NCBI GenBank assembly: GCA_965223705.1
Contig: OZ245015.1
Location: forward strand, 2,144,001-2,208,000
Direction of reading: 5' to 3'
Source of the DNA: Myxococcota bacterium
GTDB taxonomy: Bacteria; Myxococcota_A; UBA9160; UBA6930
DNA length: 64,000 nucleotides
This document shows, in pieces, positions 9,366 to 19,429 of the stretch. The position numbers were made by a program, and so were the translations under genes. Numbering within the stretch: position 1 is the first letter of the stretch; every line of letters starts with the position of its first letter. The notes under the pieces are model-generated. The model was given only the letters and a program-made list of their open reading frames with translations, had not been told where the DNA came from and did not search any database.

Positions 9366-10741
9366 CCGACACGCAGCTGCCGACCGACGTCGACGTCGCC
9401 ATTCTCGGAGGCGGGATCCAAGGCATGACGGCGCTCTACGAGTGCGCTCGCCGCGGTCTTCGCGCGATCCTTCTGGAGGAAGCGGATTTCGGTTCCGGCG
9501 CGTCTTCGCAAAGTATGCGGATTCTCCACGGCGGGCTTCGCTACCTCCAGTCGGGTTCGTTCCGACGGAGTGCGTCGACCGCGGCGGAGCGATCTCGGCT
9601 TCTCACCATCGCGGATTCGTACACGGCGCCCCTCGTGTGCCGACTCGACGCGAGGGATCGCAGCCAGCTGTTCCGCTTGAGTTTCCGGACGGGGCTCGCA
9701 ATCCACGGCCTGATCGCGCGGGCCGCGACCCGGTTCGCCGGGGGCACGTCGCTGCCACGGTCACAGCCGCCCCGCTGGGTCGACGGGTTCGTCCCCGATA
9801 CCGAAGCGATGCTCTTGGCATGGATGCATACGGCGCAGGAGCTCGGGGGGACCGAGGCCCACAACTACGCTTCTGCAGAAGAGCTCCGCGATGGGGGCGG
9901 CCGCATTGCCGCGCTGCACGTGGCCGGCGTCGAGATCGCGGTCAAACGGCTCCTCCGCTGCACGGGAGCGCGCGGAGTCTCGCGCCGCGTGCTGTCCGCG
10001 AACTTGGTGGTGGACCGACTCCACCTGCACGCCGAAGACGAAGCCATCGCGTTGCGCCATCCCGCCGACGGACGCTACGTCTTTTGCGTGCCCTGGGGCG
10101 ATCGATCGATCGTCGGTACGTGGAACCGCGCCGGCGGGGACGGCGCGACCGACAAGTCGGAATGGCTCGAGGAAATGCTCGCTTGGCTGCGTCCCGTCCA
10201 TGCAGAGCTCGCAGGGCTCGAAGCCGGTCGAGTGCGGGCGATTCAAGCCGGCTGGTTGCCCGCCGATTCGCGTGGCGAACCCGCCGAGCGCGGCACACTC
10301 GAAGCGCACGGTGACGGGTCCTACACGGTCTGCACGGATAAATGGACGACCGCGCGTGCGCTGTCGTCGCGGGCGGTGCGCTGCGTTGCCCGGGAACTCG
10401 GAAAGTCCCGGGCGGCCTCCATCGGAGACCGAGCCCTGCCTCCCCTGGTGGATCGCGAGGCGTTGATCCGCGAGTCGGCCCTCGCCTCCGAGGGCAGGGT
10501 CGAGACGCGGGTGCGTTTCGCCCTCGAGCGTGAACGGGCGCGCTCACTCGAAGATCTCGTTCTCCGTCGGCTGGGCATGGGCACCCAGGGCAGGCCCGGG
10601 GCGGAGGAGCTCGAAGCGTGCGTCGCCGCAGCCGCCCAGCTGCTGCATTGGGACGCCGCGCGGTCTGAGCGCGAACGTCAGGCCCTCGCGTCGAGTTCGG
10701 CGTTCCCCCCGCTCGCGATCGCGCCGGCGATCGACGCGTAG
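9362..10741 (+). CDS. FAD-dependent oxidoreductase, glycerol-3-phosphate dehydrogenase (GlpD)-like
   Basis: ILGGGIQG, DFGSGASSQSMRILHGGLRYLQ, KWTTAR, LEDLVLRRLG; TTG start overlapping upstream stop. Confidence 0.8.
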   Translation: MTDTQLPTDVDVAILGGGIQGMTALYECARRGLRAILLEEADFGSGASSQSMRILHGGLRYLQSGSFRRSASTAAERSRLLTIADSYTAPLVCRLDARDRSQLFRLSFRTGLAIHGLIARAATRFAGGTSLPRSQPPRWVDGFVPDTEAMLLAWMHTAQELGGTEAHNYASAEELRDGGGRIAALHVAGVEIAVKRLLRCTGARGVSRRVLSANLVVDRLHLHAEDEAIALRHPADGRYVFCVPWGDRSIVGTWNRAGGDGATDKSEWLEEMLAWLRPVHAELAGLEAGRVRAIQAGWLPADSRGEPAERGTLEAHGDGSYTVCTDKWTTARALSSRAVRCVARELGKSRAASIGDRALPPLVDREALIRESALASEGRVETRVRFALERERARSLEDLVLRRLGMGTQGRPGAEELEACVAAAAQLLHWDAARSERERQALASSSAFPPLAIAPAIDA

Positions 10742-11898
10742 GCCGCGTGAATTCGCTCGCGATAGGCTTCGTAGGTATGACCGCGCTCGACGAAGGCAAC
10801 CCCCGCGCGCCCCAGCGCCTCGCGGAGTTCCGGGTCGCCGAGCAGTCGGAGCAGTCCGGCGCCCAAAGCCTCTGGCGTCGGATCGACCAGGCAAGCGACG
10901 CGATCGTCGAGCAGCTGCGTGTGGGTCGGAAGGCGCGTCAGCAACACCGGCTTCCCGGAATGTAGGAAGGGAAATACCTTCATCGGGGTGTTGATCCCGC
11001 GCAGTCGCGGAGCGGCCAAGATCGTCGCTTCGGCTATCAAGCCGGCCAAGTGTTCGAGCGGTTCCGGAGGGAGCCAGTGACACCGTTCTGCGACACCGGC
11101 CTCGCGCGAGCGCGCGTCGCCGCGGGCGCGCTCCGCCGGAGTTCCCCCCACGATCACGAGGTGCATCGCCGCCTCGCGCGCGGCCCACGCGAAGCCGTCG
11201 AGGAGAAGGTCGACGCCTTGGTAGCGCTCGAGGTTGCCCACATAGAGCACGATGGGCGCGTCGTCGCCGACGAGCGCGCGAAGTCGCCCGGTCGAAGTCA
11301 ACTGATCGCGGTCGAGTTGGGAGATATCGTGCAGCGTGGTGACGTGGGCCGCGCCGCGCCGTCGACACAGATCGGCGAGGGCCTCGCACACTGGAAAGGT
11401 CCACAGCGCCTCGCGTATGGCGCGCGCTTCGAATCGGCTGAAGACGCCGGCGAAGGGAGCGAGACGCGGTCGCGATTCGACGAGCTGCTGCGCGATCGAG
11501 GAGTCGAGGTCATACGCGTAGGGAATGCGGAAGAGGCGCCGGATCAGCATCGCCACGAAGACGGCCTCTTCCCCCGCGTGAACGAAATCATAGCGGTGTC
11601 GGGCGCACAACCAGAGGGCTCGAACGGCCAACAGGGCATCGAGGAAGAGCTTGCGCAGGCTGAACCCGGGGCCGGGCATACCGAACCCCGGGATCCGTGG
11701 CGTCCGCATGATTCGGGTGTCCGGGTAGTGTCGGTCTTCGCCGTCGGCGTAGACCAGGGCGTCGACTTCGATCTCCGGAAGCTCGGAGAGCGCGCGCAGC
11801 ACCAAGTCGAGATCGATCGGCGTGCCTCGCACGATGAAGTAGGGGTGGGGCGCGAGGACCAGGACTTTCAGGAGAGGTATCCCTGTTCTCGATACCAA
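10678..11898 (-). CDS. GT4 glycosyltransferase
   Basis: KVLVLAPHPYF..RGTP, YVGNLERYQG, NTPMKVF; start may be CTG at 11871. Confidence 0.9.
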   Translation of the reverse strand: MVSRTGIPLLKVLVLAPHPYFIVRGTPIDLDLVLRALSELPEIEVDALVYADGEDRHYPDTRIMRTPRIPGFGMPGPGFSLRKLFLDALLAVRALWLCARHRYDFVHAGEEAVFVAMLIRRLFRIPYAYDLDSSIAQQLVESRPRLAPFAGVFSRFEARAIREALWTFPVCEALADLCRRRGAAHVTTLHDISQLDRDQLTSTGRLRALVGDDAPIVLYVGNLERYQGVDLLLDGFAWAAREAAMHLVIVGGTPAERARGDARSREAGVAERCHWLPPEPLEHLAGLIAEATILAAPRLRGINTPMKVFPFLHSGKPVLLTRLPTHTQLLDDRVACLVDPTPEALGAGLLRLLGDPELREALGRAGVAFVERGHTYEAYRERIHAAYASIAGAIASGGNAELDARA

Positions 11899-12854
11899 TC
11901 GCCCGTGCGCCGCAAGCCTTCATCGATGCCGATGCGGGGTTGATAACCGAGCATCTGTTTCGCCTTCTCGATACGGAACGCGCGAACCTGCCGAAACCAA
12001 TCGACACGACGCGGGAAGATCGGTGGGTTGATGCCGAACGGTTTGCAGGCCTTTTCGCAAACGTGACCCGCCACAATGAGCGGCCAGAGGGGGAAACGGC
12101 GAATCCTGACGTCCCTCCCCAACGCTTCGCCGATGCGCTGCACGAGTTCGAAGAGCGAGAAGTAGCGTTCGTCGCCGATCAAGAACGCCTCGCCGTCACC
12201 CACGCCCGGAGCCCCGGCCAACAAGAAGGCGTCGACCAAGTTGTCGATGTACACGGGGTGGTAGAAGGTCGCGCCCGAGCCGAACATCGGGAAGAACCCG
12301 CGATTCGCACGGCGATAGATCATCAAGAAACGCTCGGGATCGCCGGGACCGTAGATCGCCGTCGGACGGATGATCGAATAGGGAAGGGCGTCGCCGCAGA
12401 CGTCTGCCGTGGCGAGTTCTCCTTCGTACTTCGTCTGTTGGTAGTAGTCTTCCGGGGCGATGGGCGAACGCTCATCGCCCGGGGGATGCGCGATGTGCCC
12501 GTGGACGCCCTGGGTGCTGCAGTAGACGAGCTTGCGAGCGCCCGCCGCCCGAGCCGTTTCCGCGACAATCCGCGATCCCTCGACGTTGACCTCGCGGTAC
12601 AAGCGATCGGGCGCGCCGGTTTCGCGAAAGGCCGCCGCTAAGTGGAACACGACTTCCGCCTCGTCGCAGCCCCTCGCGACCGCGGCTCGATCCGTGACAG
12701 AGCCGAGCTCGACCCGCCCACCCAGTGATTCGATCTCCCCGCGACACAGGCCTTCTCGCTTGTCGAGAACCGCGACTTCGTGGCCGTCTCGCAGGAGCCG
12801 CAGGACGAGGGCCGCGCCGGTAAACCCGAGCCCGCCGGTAACAAATGCCTTCAC
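11868..12854 (-). CDS. NAD-dependent epimerase/dehydratase (extended SDR)
   Basis: TGGLGFTG, FHLAA, CST, YQQTK (YxxxK), RPTAIYGPG. Confidence 0.92.
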   Translation of the reverse strand: MKAFVTGGLGFTGAALVLRLLRDGHEVAVLDKREGLCRGEIESLGGRVELGSVTDRAAVARGCDEAEVVFHLAAAFRETGAPDRLYREVNVEGSRIVAETARAAGARKLVYCSTQGVHGHIAHPPGDERSPIAPEDYYQQTKYEGELATADVCGDALPYSIIRPTAIYGPGDPERFLMIYRRANRGFFPMFGSGATFYHPVYIDNLVDAFLLAGAPGVGDGEAFLIGDERYFSLFELVQRIGEALGRDVRIRRFPLWPLIVAGHVCEKACKPFGINPPIFPRRVDWFRQVRAFRIEKAKQMLGYQPRIGIDEGLRRTGDWYREQGYLS

Positions 12855-14638
12855 GAGGATGCTCCCGCGGCGCGGCGGCGATCCTGAAGGGAGCCGTTCG
12901 GCCCTTTGACCAAGAAATCACCGATCGCCAAATAGTCGAGGCGGCTTGTCAGAAAAGCGCGAATAGCGTCGTCCGGGGAGCGGACGATCGGCTCCTCGTG
13001 CACGTTGAAGGAGGTGTTGACGATCGCGGGAATCCCCGTGCGCTCTCGAAACGCATCGATGAGTTCCCAGTACGGGCGATTGTCCTGGCGTCGAACGAGT
13101 TGCGGGCGTGCGGTGCCGTCGAGATGCACGACTCCGGGACAGTGATCGCGCATCCACGGAGTGCAGTGGAAGGTCGTCGTCATGAAGCGAGCCGTGTTCT
13201 CGCCGCCTCGCGCGTTCTCGAACAGATCGTCGGTTGCCTCCGCGAGACACGACGGGGCGAAAGGCATGAACTCCGTCCGTTTCAGTAGACCGTTCAACCA
13301 GTCGTTCGCCGAGGGGTCATCGGGGCGAAAGAGAATACTCCGGTTCCCCAGCGCTCGCGGTCCGTATTCCATGGCGTCCGCAAAACGGGCGATGACGGCA
13401 CCGTCAGCCAAGTGCTCGGCGACGCGCTTCGGCGCCTCCAAGCCGACGTGCTCGAAGGACAGGCCCGCGTTCTCGACGGCGCGTTGAATGTCGTCGGCGC
13501 TGAACGGGGTTCCGAGGTAGACGTGCTCGAGGGGTCGAGGGAGGGGTGTCTCGCCGCGCTCCCGCGCACGGTCGGCCCACATGGCCAACGCGCTGCCGAC
13601 GGCGAGTCCTTCGTCGGACATGCCGGGGTGCACGAACAGCTCATCCGTTCCCGGTAGGGCGAGGAGTTCCTCGTTCACGCGGACGTTCGCAAACAACCCG
13701 CCGGCCAGGGCCAACTTGCGTTTCCCGGTGCGTTGCTGCCAATGACCGACATAGGCGCGACACAGCTGTTCCGTGTGCTCCTGAATGCTCGCCGCGAGGT
13801 CCGCGCGATCCCAGTCAGCGGGGAGACTGTCGCGGATCGCGGCGACCGCCTGATGAAACAACTTCCCGGAGCGGTTGAGGAGAGTTCCGTCCCGACACTC
13901 GATCATGGCAGCGAGCCGGTCGATATAGGCAGGTACCCCGTGTGCCGCGAGTCCGGTCACCTTGCCTTCGTGCCGTTTCGCGCGAAAGCCACACAACACC
14001 GTGACGTACGCGTAGTAGTTGCCGAGGGAGTGGTACGAGTCCGTCCGCGTGACCGGGTAGAGCTCGCCGCGCTCTCCCCGGTAGATGTGCGAGCAGTTGC
14101 CATCGCCGCCCCCGTCCATCGTCACGACAAGCGCGTCCTCGAACGGGCTTGTGTAGTAGGCCGAAGCCGCGTGACACAAGTGGTGGTGAAAGAATTCGAC
14201 GGGAGCGTCGATCTCGAACTCGTCGCGTAGAATTTCCGGAATCCGTTTGCGTCGGTGTCGATAAGCAGGCTGCCGCAGCTGGTAGTAGGCTTTCTTCAGT
14301 GGGGGAAGGCGGTTCGCGAGGGTGCCGAAGCGCGACGCGATCTGAAAAAAGCGCGAGTGGAGATCGCGTTCGCCGTCGCGCGCTTCGAACCAGCCCGGCC
14401 ACGGCGCGGTCTCTTCGCGAAGCTCCATGTCCGATTGGGCGATGGCCACGCCGCCGAGTCCCGCAGGCGAGGTGGAGGTCAACCGCATGACTTCGGCGAT
14501 CGCGGTGCGGGGGAAGCCGCGCGTCATCTTGACGCGATTGAGCCGTTCTTCGTTGACGGCGGCGAGGATCACGCCGTCCTCGATGATGGCGGCGCCACTC
14601 GTTTGCCCGTCGGTGATCCCCAACCATCGCTCGCTCAC
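12851..14638 (-). CDS. Carbamoyltransferase (NodU/CmcH family)
   Basis: EERLNRVK, HHLCHAASAY, DGGGD, HEGKVTGLA, EYGPRALGNRS, NTSFNVHEEPIV; GTGA overlap with asnB. Confidence 0.93.
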   Translation of the reverse strand: MSERWLGITDGQTSGAAIIEDGVILAAVNEERLNRVKMTRGFPRTAIAEVMRLTSTSPAGLGGVAIAQSDMELREETAPWPGWFEARDGERDLHSRFFQIASRFGTLANRLPPLKKAYYQLRQPAYRHRRKRIPEILRDEFEIDAPVEFFHHHLCHAASAYYTSPFEDALVVTMDGGGDGNCSHIYRGERGELYPVTRTDSYHSLGNYYAYVTVLCGFRAKRHEGKVTGLAAHGVPAYIDRLAAMIECRDGTLLNRSGKLFHQAVAAIRDSLPADWDRADLAASIQEHTEQLCRAYVGHWQQRTGKRKLALAGGLFANVRVNEELLALPGTDELFVHPGMSDEGLAVGSALAMWADRARERGETPLPRPLEHVYLGTPFSADDIQRAVENAGLSFEHVGLEAPKRVAEHLADGAVIARFADAMEYGPRALGNRSILFRPDDPSANDWLNGLLKRTEFMPFAPSCLAEATDDLFENARGGENTARFMTTTFHCTPWMRDHCPGVVHLDGTARPQLVRRQDNRPYWELIDAFRERTGIPAIVNTSFNVHEEPIVRSPDDAIRAFLTSRLDYLAIGDFLVKGPNGSLQDRRRAAGASS

Positions 14639-16512
14639 GGCGCGAGTCCCTCGACGAACTGTTGGTGCCAGAGCGCGGCGTTTAGCAAGCTCCACAACAC
14701 GTGGTTGTGATTGGCGCGCCGCGCGCTGTGCTCTTCCCACAAGTCACGGACGGCGCGCGGCTGGAAGTAGCGGTCGATCAGTTCGGAGCGCTCCAAGGTA
14801 TTGCGGGCGAAGGCGCCCATTTCTCCCCGGAGCCAGTTCTTGACGGGCAGGCTATAGCCCTGCTTGCCGCGGCGCACGATCTCCGTCGGCAACAGGGGCG
14901 CGACCGCACTGCGCAGGATCGATTTCGTCTTGATGCCGTCGAGCTTCCATTCGGGCGGTAGCGACGCGGCGAACTCGACGACTTCGTGGCTCAGGAAGGG
15001 GACGCGCACTTCCAAACCGTGGGCCATCGACATCTTGTCGACCTTCATCAACAAACTGTCGGGCATGGTCACAGCGAGGTCGGCGACGAGATCGAGGTCG
15101 AGAGCGCGTACGGCACCGGAACGTTCGCGATGTTCGATGACGCCGCGAAACGCGTCTTCGTCGATGGTCTCGAGGACCTCGGGTCGGAACAGGGAGCGGC
15201 TGCGCTCCGCGTTCAGGAAATATTGCCATCGCATGGCGCCGCCTCCGGGCGGATGATCGAGGCCCTCGAAGAAGCGCTTCAGGACATTGACGAAGCCCTT
15301 TTTTTCGGGTCGATCACGCAGCCGCGCGACGAGGGGCGACAATGCGCGCAACGGCGGCGAGAGATGCGCAGCCGAGAAACCCCGCGCGAGCTTTGCCGCG
15401 ACGAACCGGTCGTAGCCCGCGAAGATCTCATCGCTGCCTTCCCCGGAAAGCGCCACCTTGACCTGCTCCCGAGCGCGCTCGGCGATGAGGAAAAACGGAA
15501 CCGCCGAGAGGTCCGACATCGGCTGATCGAGGTGCCAGATTGCTCGGGAGAGTGTCTCGGGGGAGATCGGATCGATCCGCAGGGTCTCGAGTTCCAGACG
15601 AAAGCGCTTCGCAATCGCCTTGGCGTAGCCCAGTTCGCTGAAGGAAGCGTCGTCGTAGGTGAGCGTGAAGGCCGGGATGGGGTCGTCGGTCTGCTCCGCG
15701 GCGAGCGCCACCAGGGTCGAAGAGTCGATCCCCCCGGAGACGAAGATGCCGACGGGAACGTCGGAACGCAGGCGCAGCGCCGTCGCGTGCCGCAAGCGGT
15801 CGAGGAGCTCGGCCTCGGCTTCCGTCCGGTCCATGTCGGTTTTGGGTTCCCAGTGAAGCGACCAGTACCGCTTGACCGTGCACGCGCCCTCGGGGTTGAC
15901 CTGAACGATATGGCCTGGCGGAAGCGACCGGATCGAGCGGAACATGGTGCGTGGCGAGGTCACGAACTCGAAGCCCATGAAGTCGAACAGCGACTGCGCG
16001 TCTAGCTCACGGTCGACACCGGGGAGCGCGAGGAGCGCTTTGATCTCCGATGCGAACGCGAAACGCGGGCCGTCCGAGTAGAAGTAGAGGGGCTTGATTC
16101 CGATTCGGTCGCGTGCGACGAAAAGGTCCCCCGTCACGGTGTCGTGAACCGCAAACGCGAACATGCCGTCGAAGCGTTCCACGGCGGTGGGGCCCCACTC
16201 CGCGAACGCGTTCGCGATGACCTCGGTGTCGGTGCCGGTGCGGAAGTGACGCCCCGATGCACGAAGCTCGTCACGCAACTCGATAAAGTTGTAGATTTCC
16301 CCGTTGTGTACGACCCAGAAGCGCTCGTCGTCGCTTGCGAGTGGGTTGCGACCCGCCTCGCTCAGGTCGAAGATCGCGAGGCGTCGGTGTCCGAGACTGA
16401 CACCTGCGGCGGCGCGCTGCCCTTCGTCGTCAGGACCGCGGTGCCGAAGCTGGTCCGAGAGAACTCGAACGAGCTTTTTGTCTTCCCAGGTGAATCCCGC
16501 AATGCCGCACAC
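14635..16512 (-). CDS. asnB: Asparagine synthase (glutamine-hydrolysing)-like amidotransferase
   Basis: N-terminal (M)CGIAG, HRGPD, HNGEIYN, RDRIGIKPL, SGGIDSS, SGEGSDE, EVRVPFL. Confidence 0.93.
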   Translation of the reverse strand: MCGIAGFTWEDKKLVRVLSDQLRHRGPDDEGQRAAAGVSLGHRRLAIFDLSEAGRNPLASDDERFWVVHNGEIYNFIELRDELRASGRHFRTGTDTEVIANAFAEWGPTAVERFDGMFAFAVHDTVTGDLFVARDRIGIKPLYFYSDGPRFAFASEIKALLALPGVDRELDAQSLFDFMGFEFVTSPRTMFRSIRSLPPGHIVQVNPEGACTVKRYWSLHWEPKTDMDRTEAEAELLDRLRHATALRLRSDVPVGIFVSGGIDSSTLVALAAEQTDDPIPAFTLTYDDASFSELGYAKAIAKRFRLELETLRIDPISPETLSRAIWHLDQPMSDLSAVPFFLIAERAREQVKVALSGEGSDEIFAGYDRFVAAKLARGFSAAHLSPPLRALSPLVARLRDRPEKKGFVNVLKRFFEGLDHPPGGGAMRWQYFLNAERSRSLFRPEVLETIDEDAFRGVIEHRERSGAVRALDLDLVADLAVTMPDSLLMKVDKMSMAHGLEVRVPFLSHEVVEFAASLPPEWKLDGIKTKSILRSAVAPLLPTEIVRRGKQGYSLPVKNWLRGEMGAFARNTLERSELIDRYFQPRAVRDLWEEHSARRANHNHVLWSLLNAALWHQQFVEGLAP

Positions 16513-16695
16513 GAATTGGCTTCCCCCGTTGCCGCAAGCGGGCGCACCCCCCACTGTGTGTCGACCGATCCGCGCCCCAACCGTAGACCGAACCGAGGGT
16601 GTCCCGCTCCCCGGATTTTCCGTATGGTGGGCCTAATTCGCAACGGGCGGCCGGCTCCTGAAAAGTCGTCGGTGAGTCGATAGGTCGGGCAGGCC

Positions 16696-17619
16696 ATGGC
16701 ATCTCGAGGACCCTTGGACATCAGCGTCGTCGTCCCCGTGTACAACGAGGAAGACAACGTCGGCGAGCTCGTCGACCGCGTCACCGCCGTGATGCGAGCC
16801 ACGGGCTACGGATTCGAGCTGATCGTGATCGACGACGGCAGCGCGGACCAAACGCTCGCCCACCTGCGTCGCGCCCGCCTCGCAGTCGACGAACTCCGGG
16901 TGGTCGTTCTGCGAAGAAACTTCGGTCAGACCGCGGCACTCCAAGCCGGGTTCGATCATGCGCGGGGAAGGATCATCGTGACGCTCGACGGTGATCTCCA
17001 GAACGATCCCGCGGATATTCCGCGCTTGATCGCGGTGATCGAGCGCGGGGCCGATGTGGTAAGCGGGTGGCGTCGGGATCGCAAGGACACGCTGGTCATG
17101 CGGAAAATTCCGTCGATCCTGGCCAATTCCCTCATCCGCTGGCTGACCGGAGTCCCGGTCCACGACCAGGGGTGCTCCCTCAAAGCGTATCGGAGAGAAG
17201 TCGTCGAACGGCTCGACCTCTATTCCGACATGCATCGCTTCATCACGGTCCTCACGATGTGGAACGCCGCAAAAATTGCCGAGGTCGAAGTCACGCACCA
17301 TCCTCGGCGGGCGGGAATTTCGAAGTACGGGATCGGACGTGTGACCAAAGTGATCGCCGACCTGTGTACCATCCAGATGATGACTCACTTCCGCGATCAC
17401 CCGGTGCGCTGGTTCGGTGTCGTGGCGGCGCCGTTTCTGCTGGCCTCGATCGTTTGCTTGGCCGCGGTGCCCGTCACCGGCGTGGTAATGGCCGCCGTCT
17501 CCGTGATCGCGAGCATGGTCTGCGTAAGTTGCGCTTGCGCGGGCGCGATTTCCGAGTTGATTCTCGAGACGGCGAACTCGGGCCGGGATTCGCTCATCGC
17601 ACGGGAAGAGCTGCGATGA
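16696..17619 (+). CDS. GT2 ArnC/GtrB-like polyprenyl-phosphate glycosyltransferase
   Basis: PVYNE, DDGS, RNFGQTAA, TLDGDLQNDP, SGWR; C-terminal TMs. Confidence 0.92.
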   Translation: MASRGPLDISVVVPVYNEEDNVGELVDRVTAVMRATGYGFELIVIDDGSADQTLAHLRRARLAVDELRVVVLRRNFGQTAALQAGFDHARGRIIVTLDGDLQNDPADIPRLIAVIERGADVVSGWRRDRKDTLVMRKIPSILANSLIRWLTGVPVHDQGCSLKAYRREVVERLDLYSDMHRFITVLTMWNAAKIAEVEVTHHPRRAGISKYGIGRVTKVIADLCTIQMMTHFRDHPVRWFGVVAAPFLLASIVCLAAVPVTGVVMAAVSVIASMVCVSCACAGAISELILETANSGRDSLIAREELR

Positions 17620-18662
17620 CCGATTCGTTGCCCGATATCTCGGTGCTGATTCCGGTAACCGAGCGTCACGACGATCTCCGGAGCTTATGCGACGAGGTAC
17701 GCAAAGCGCTCGATCCGGTGACGCGGAACATCGAGCTGTTGGTGCTGGTGACGTACCCGTTCGACGAGGCACTAGAAACGGTTCGCGAAATCGCGGCACT
17801 CGATCCTCGCGTTCGATTGCTCCACTTCGCGCGGAGTGCGGACGAGGCCAACGTTCTTTCCGTGGGCTTCTCTCGGGCATCCGGCCGCGTGTTCATGACG
17901 GTTCCGAGCTACTTCGATGCGGATCTCGCCGCGCTTCCAGAGCTGTACGAAGAAGTCCAAGCCGGCGCGGACCTGGTCATCGGTCGACGCGTCAAGCGCA
18001 CGAATGGAGTGCTGAAGCGCATTCAATCGACGTGGTTCAACGTCCTGGGTCGGTGGGCGACGGGAACGCAGTTCCAAGACCTCGCGAGTGGAACGCGCGC
18101 GCTGCGGCGAGAAGTTGCGGAAGAGATCCGACTCTACGGTGACTTCCATCGGTTCTTGCCCGTGCTCGCCGATCGTGTGGGTCTCTCCGTGGTCGAAGTC
18201 GAGGTGCCCCAGGATCCCCGCTACAGCGCGCCGCCGCTCTACTCGATGCGGACGTACGTCTGGCGATCGATCGACCTGCTGTCGATCTTTTTTCTCTCGC
18301 GCTTCACGCGGCGACCCTTGCGGTTGTTCGGCGCTGTGGGTGGGCTGTTTGGCTTGTCGGGCCTGGTTCTTCTGGCGACGTTGGCCGTGCAGCGCCTGGG
18401 GGGGACGCCTCTCGCGGATCGCCCCCTGCTCGTTCTCGGGGCGCTTCTGATCGGCGTCGGGGTGCAGGTCCTGACAATCGGTCTACTGGGCGAACTGATT
18501 CTGTTCTTCCACGCGCGCGAGGTGCGGGACTACCGCGTGGAAGAAGTGCTCGAGGCGGAGTTTGCGGGAGCTGCTTCGGCCGAAGCGGCCGTGTTAGAAA
18601 CGCCGGCGGTTGCGATTGCCGGCGAAAGCCAAACCGAGCAGGCCACCGAGGACCATCACTAG
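17616..18662 (+). CDS. ArnC/GtrB-like GT2 paralog with degenerate nucleotide-sugar motifs
   Basis: Colinear with upstream GT2 (ISVLIPV, GADLVIGRR, LYGDFHRFLP, RPLRLFG) but DDGS and TLDxD replaced; ATGA coupling. Confidence 0.8.
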   Translation: MTDSLPDISVLIPVTERHDDLRSLCDEVRKALDPVTRNIELLVLVTYPFDEALETVREIAALDPRVRLLHFARSADEANVLSVGFSRASGRVFMTVPSYFDADLAALPELYEEVQAGADLVIGRRVKRTNGVLKRIQSTWFNVLGRWATGTQFQDLASGTRALRREVAEEIRLYGDFHRFLPVLADRVGLSVVEVEVPQDPRYSAPPLYSMRTYVWRSIDLLSIFFLSRFTRRPLRLFGAVGGLFGLSGLVLLATLAVQRLGGTPLADRPLLVLGALLIGVGVQVLTIGLLGELILFFHAREVRDYRVEEVLEAEFAGAASAEAAVLETPAVAIAGESQTEQATEDHH

Positions 18663-19340
18663 CGTCTGCGGCTCGGGCACGGTCGAGAACGTCAGGTTGT
18701 CCACGGCACCGGAGCCGCCGAGTTCGACCTCGACGCGATCCCATCCACCGCTCTGCTCGTCGCCGAGAGAAGCCAAATCGAAGGGGTTGATCCGGTTGGC
18801 GAAGTTGTCGCCGAAGACGACCGTCGGATCGCGCGTGACGAGTTCCGCGAACGTGATCGAACTCTGCAGCACCCCGTTCGTGTAGAAGCGAATGGCGCCG
18901 GCTTCTTCGGTATCGACGAGATCCAGGCCGAAGCTGTTGATCGGAGTCGAGAAATCAAAAACGAGGGTGCCGCCGTCCCTTTCGTCGTCGGGAACCGCCA
19001 CGGCGCCGGATCCGAAATCGTCGTTCTCCGAGATAATCAACAACATGCCGAGTTCGGCGTCGGGGATATTGCCCCCCGCCCACGGGCCGACGAGGTCGGG
19101 GTCGTCCATCGACGGGATGCTCGAGTCGAAAAGGATGGCCAGGTCGAAAGGCTTCACGGGATTGATCGCCGAGATCACCACGCCGTCGGCCTGGAACTGA
19201 TCCGTGATGACGTCCCCAGCGGAGAGACCCGAGAAGTTGACCGACGCCGCCAAGCTCGGGGCGCTGCCACCGAGGGTGAGAAGCAGCAGCGCAAGGAAAC
19301 CTGCGAATGCTCGGCCCTCATGTCTACTGGTAAAAAACAC
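18594..19340 (-). CDS. PEP-CTERM sorting-domain surface protein
   Basis: Signal peptide, acidic mature region, VPEPQTLVMVLGGLLGLAFAGNRNRRRF; GGAG before GTG at 19340. Confidence 0.9.
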   Translation of the reverse strand: MFFTSRHEGRAFAGFLALLLLTLGGSAPSLAASVNFSGLSAGDVITDQFQADGVVISAINPVKPFDLAILFDSSIPSMDDPDLVGPWAGGNIPDAELGMLLIISENDDFGSGAVAVPDDERDGGTLVFDFSTPINSFGLDLVDTEEAGAIRFYTNGVLQSSITFAELVTRDPTVVFGDNFANRINPFDLASLGDEQSGGWDRVEVELGGSGAVDNLTFSTVPEPQTLVMVLGGLLGLAFAGNRNRRRF

Positions 19341-19429
19341 TACATTCTCTCCGCACGCCGGGGCACGACCTGGGGTCAGGGCCCACCTCAGCACAGTCAT
19401 GCGTAAAGGTAGTGGTTCCGAGGTTGTTC

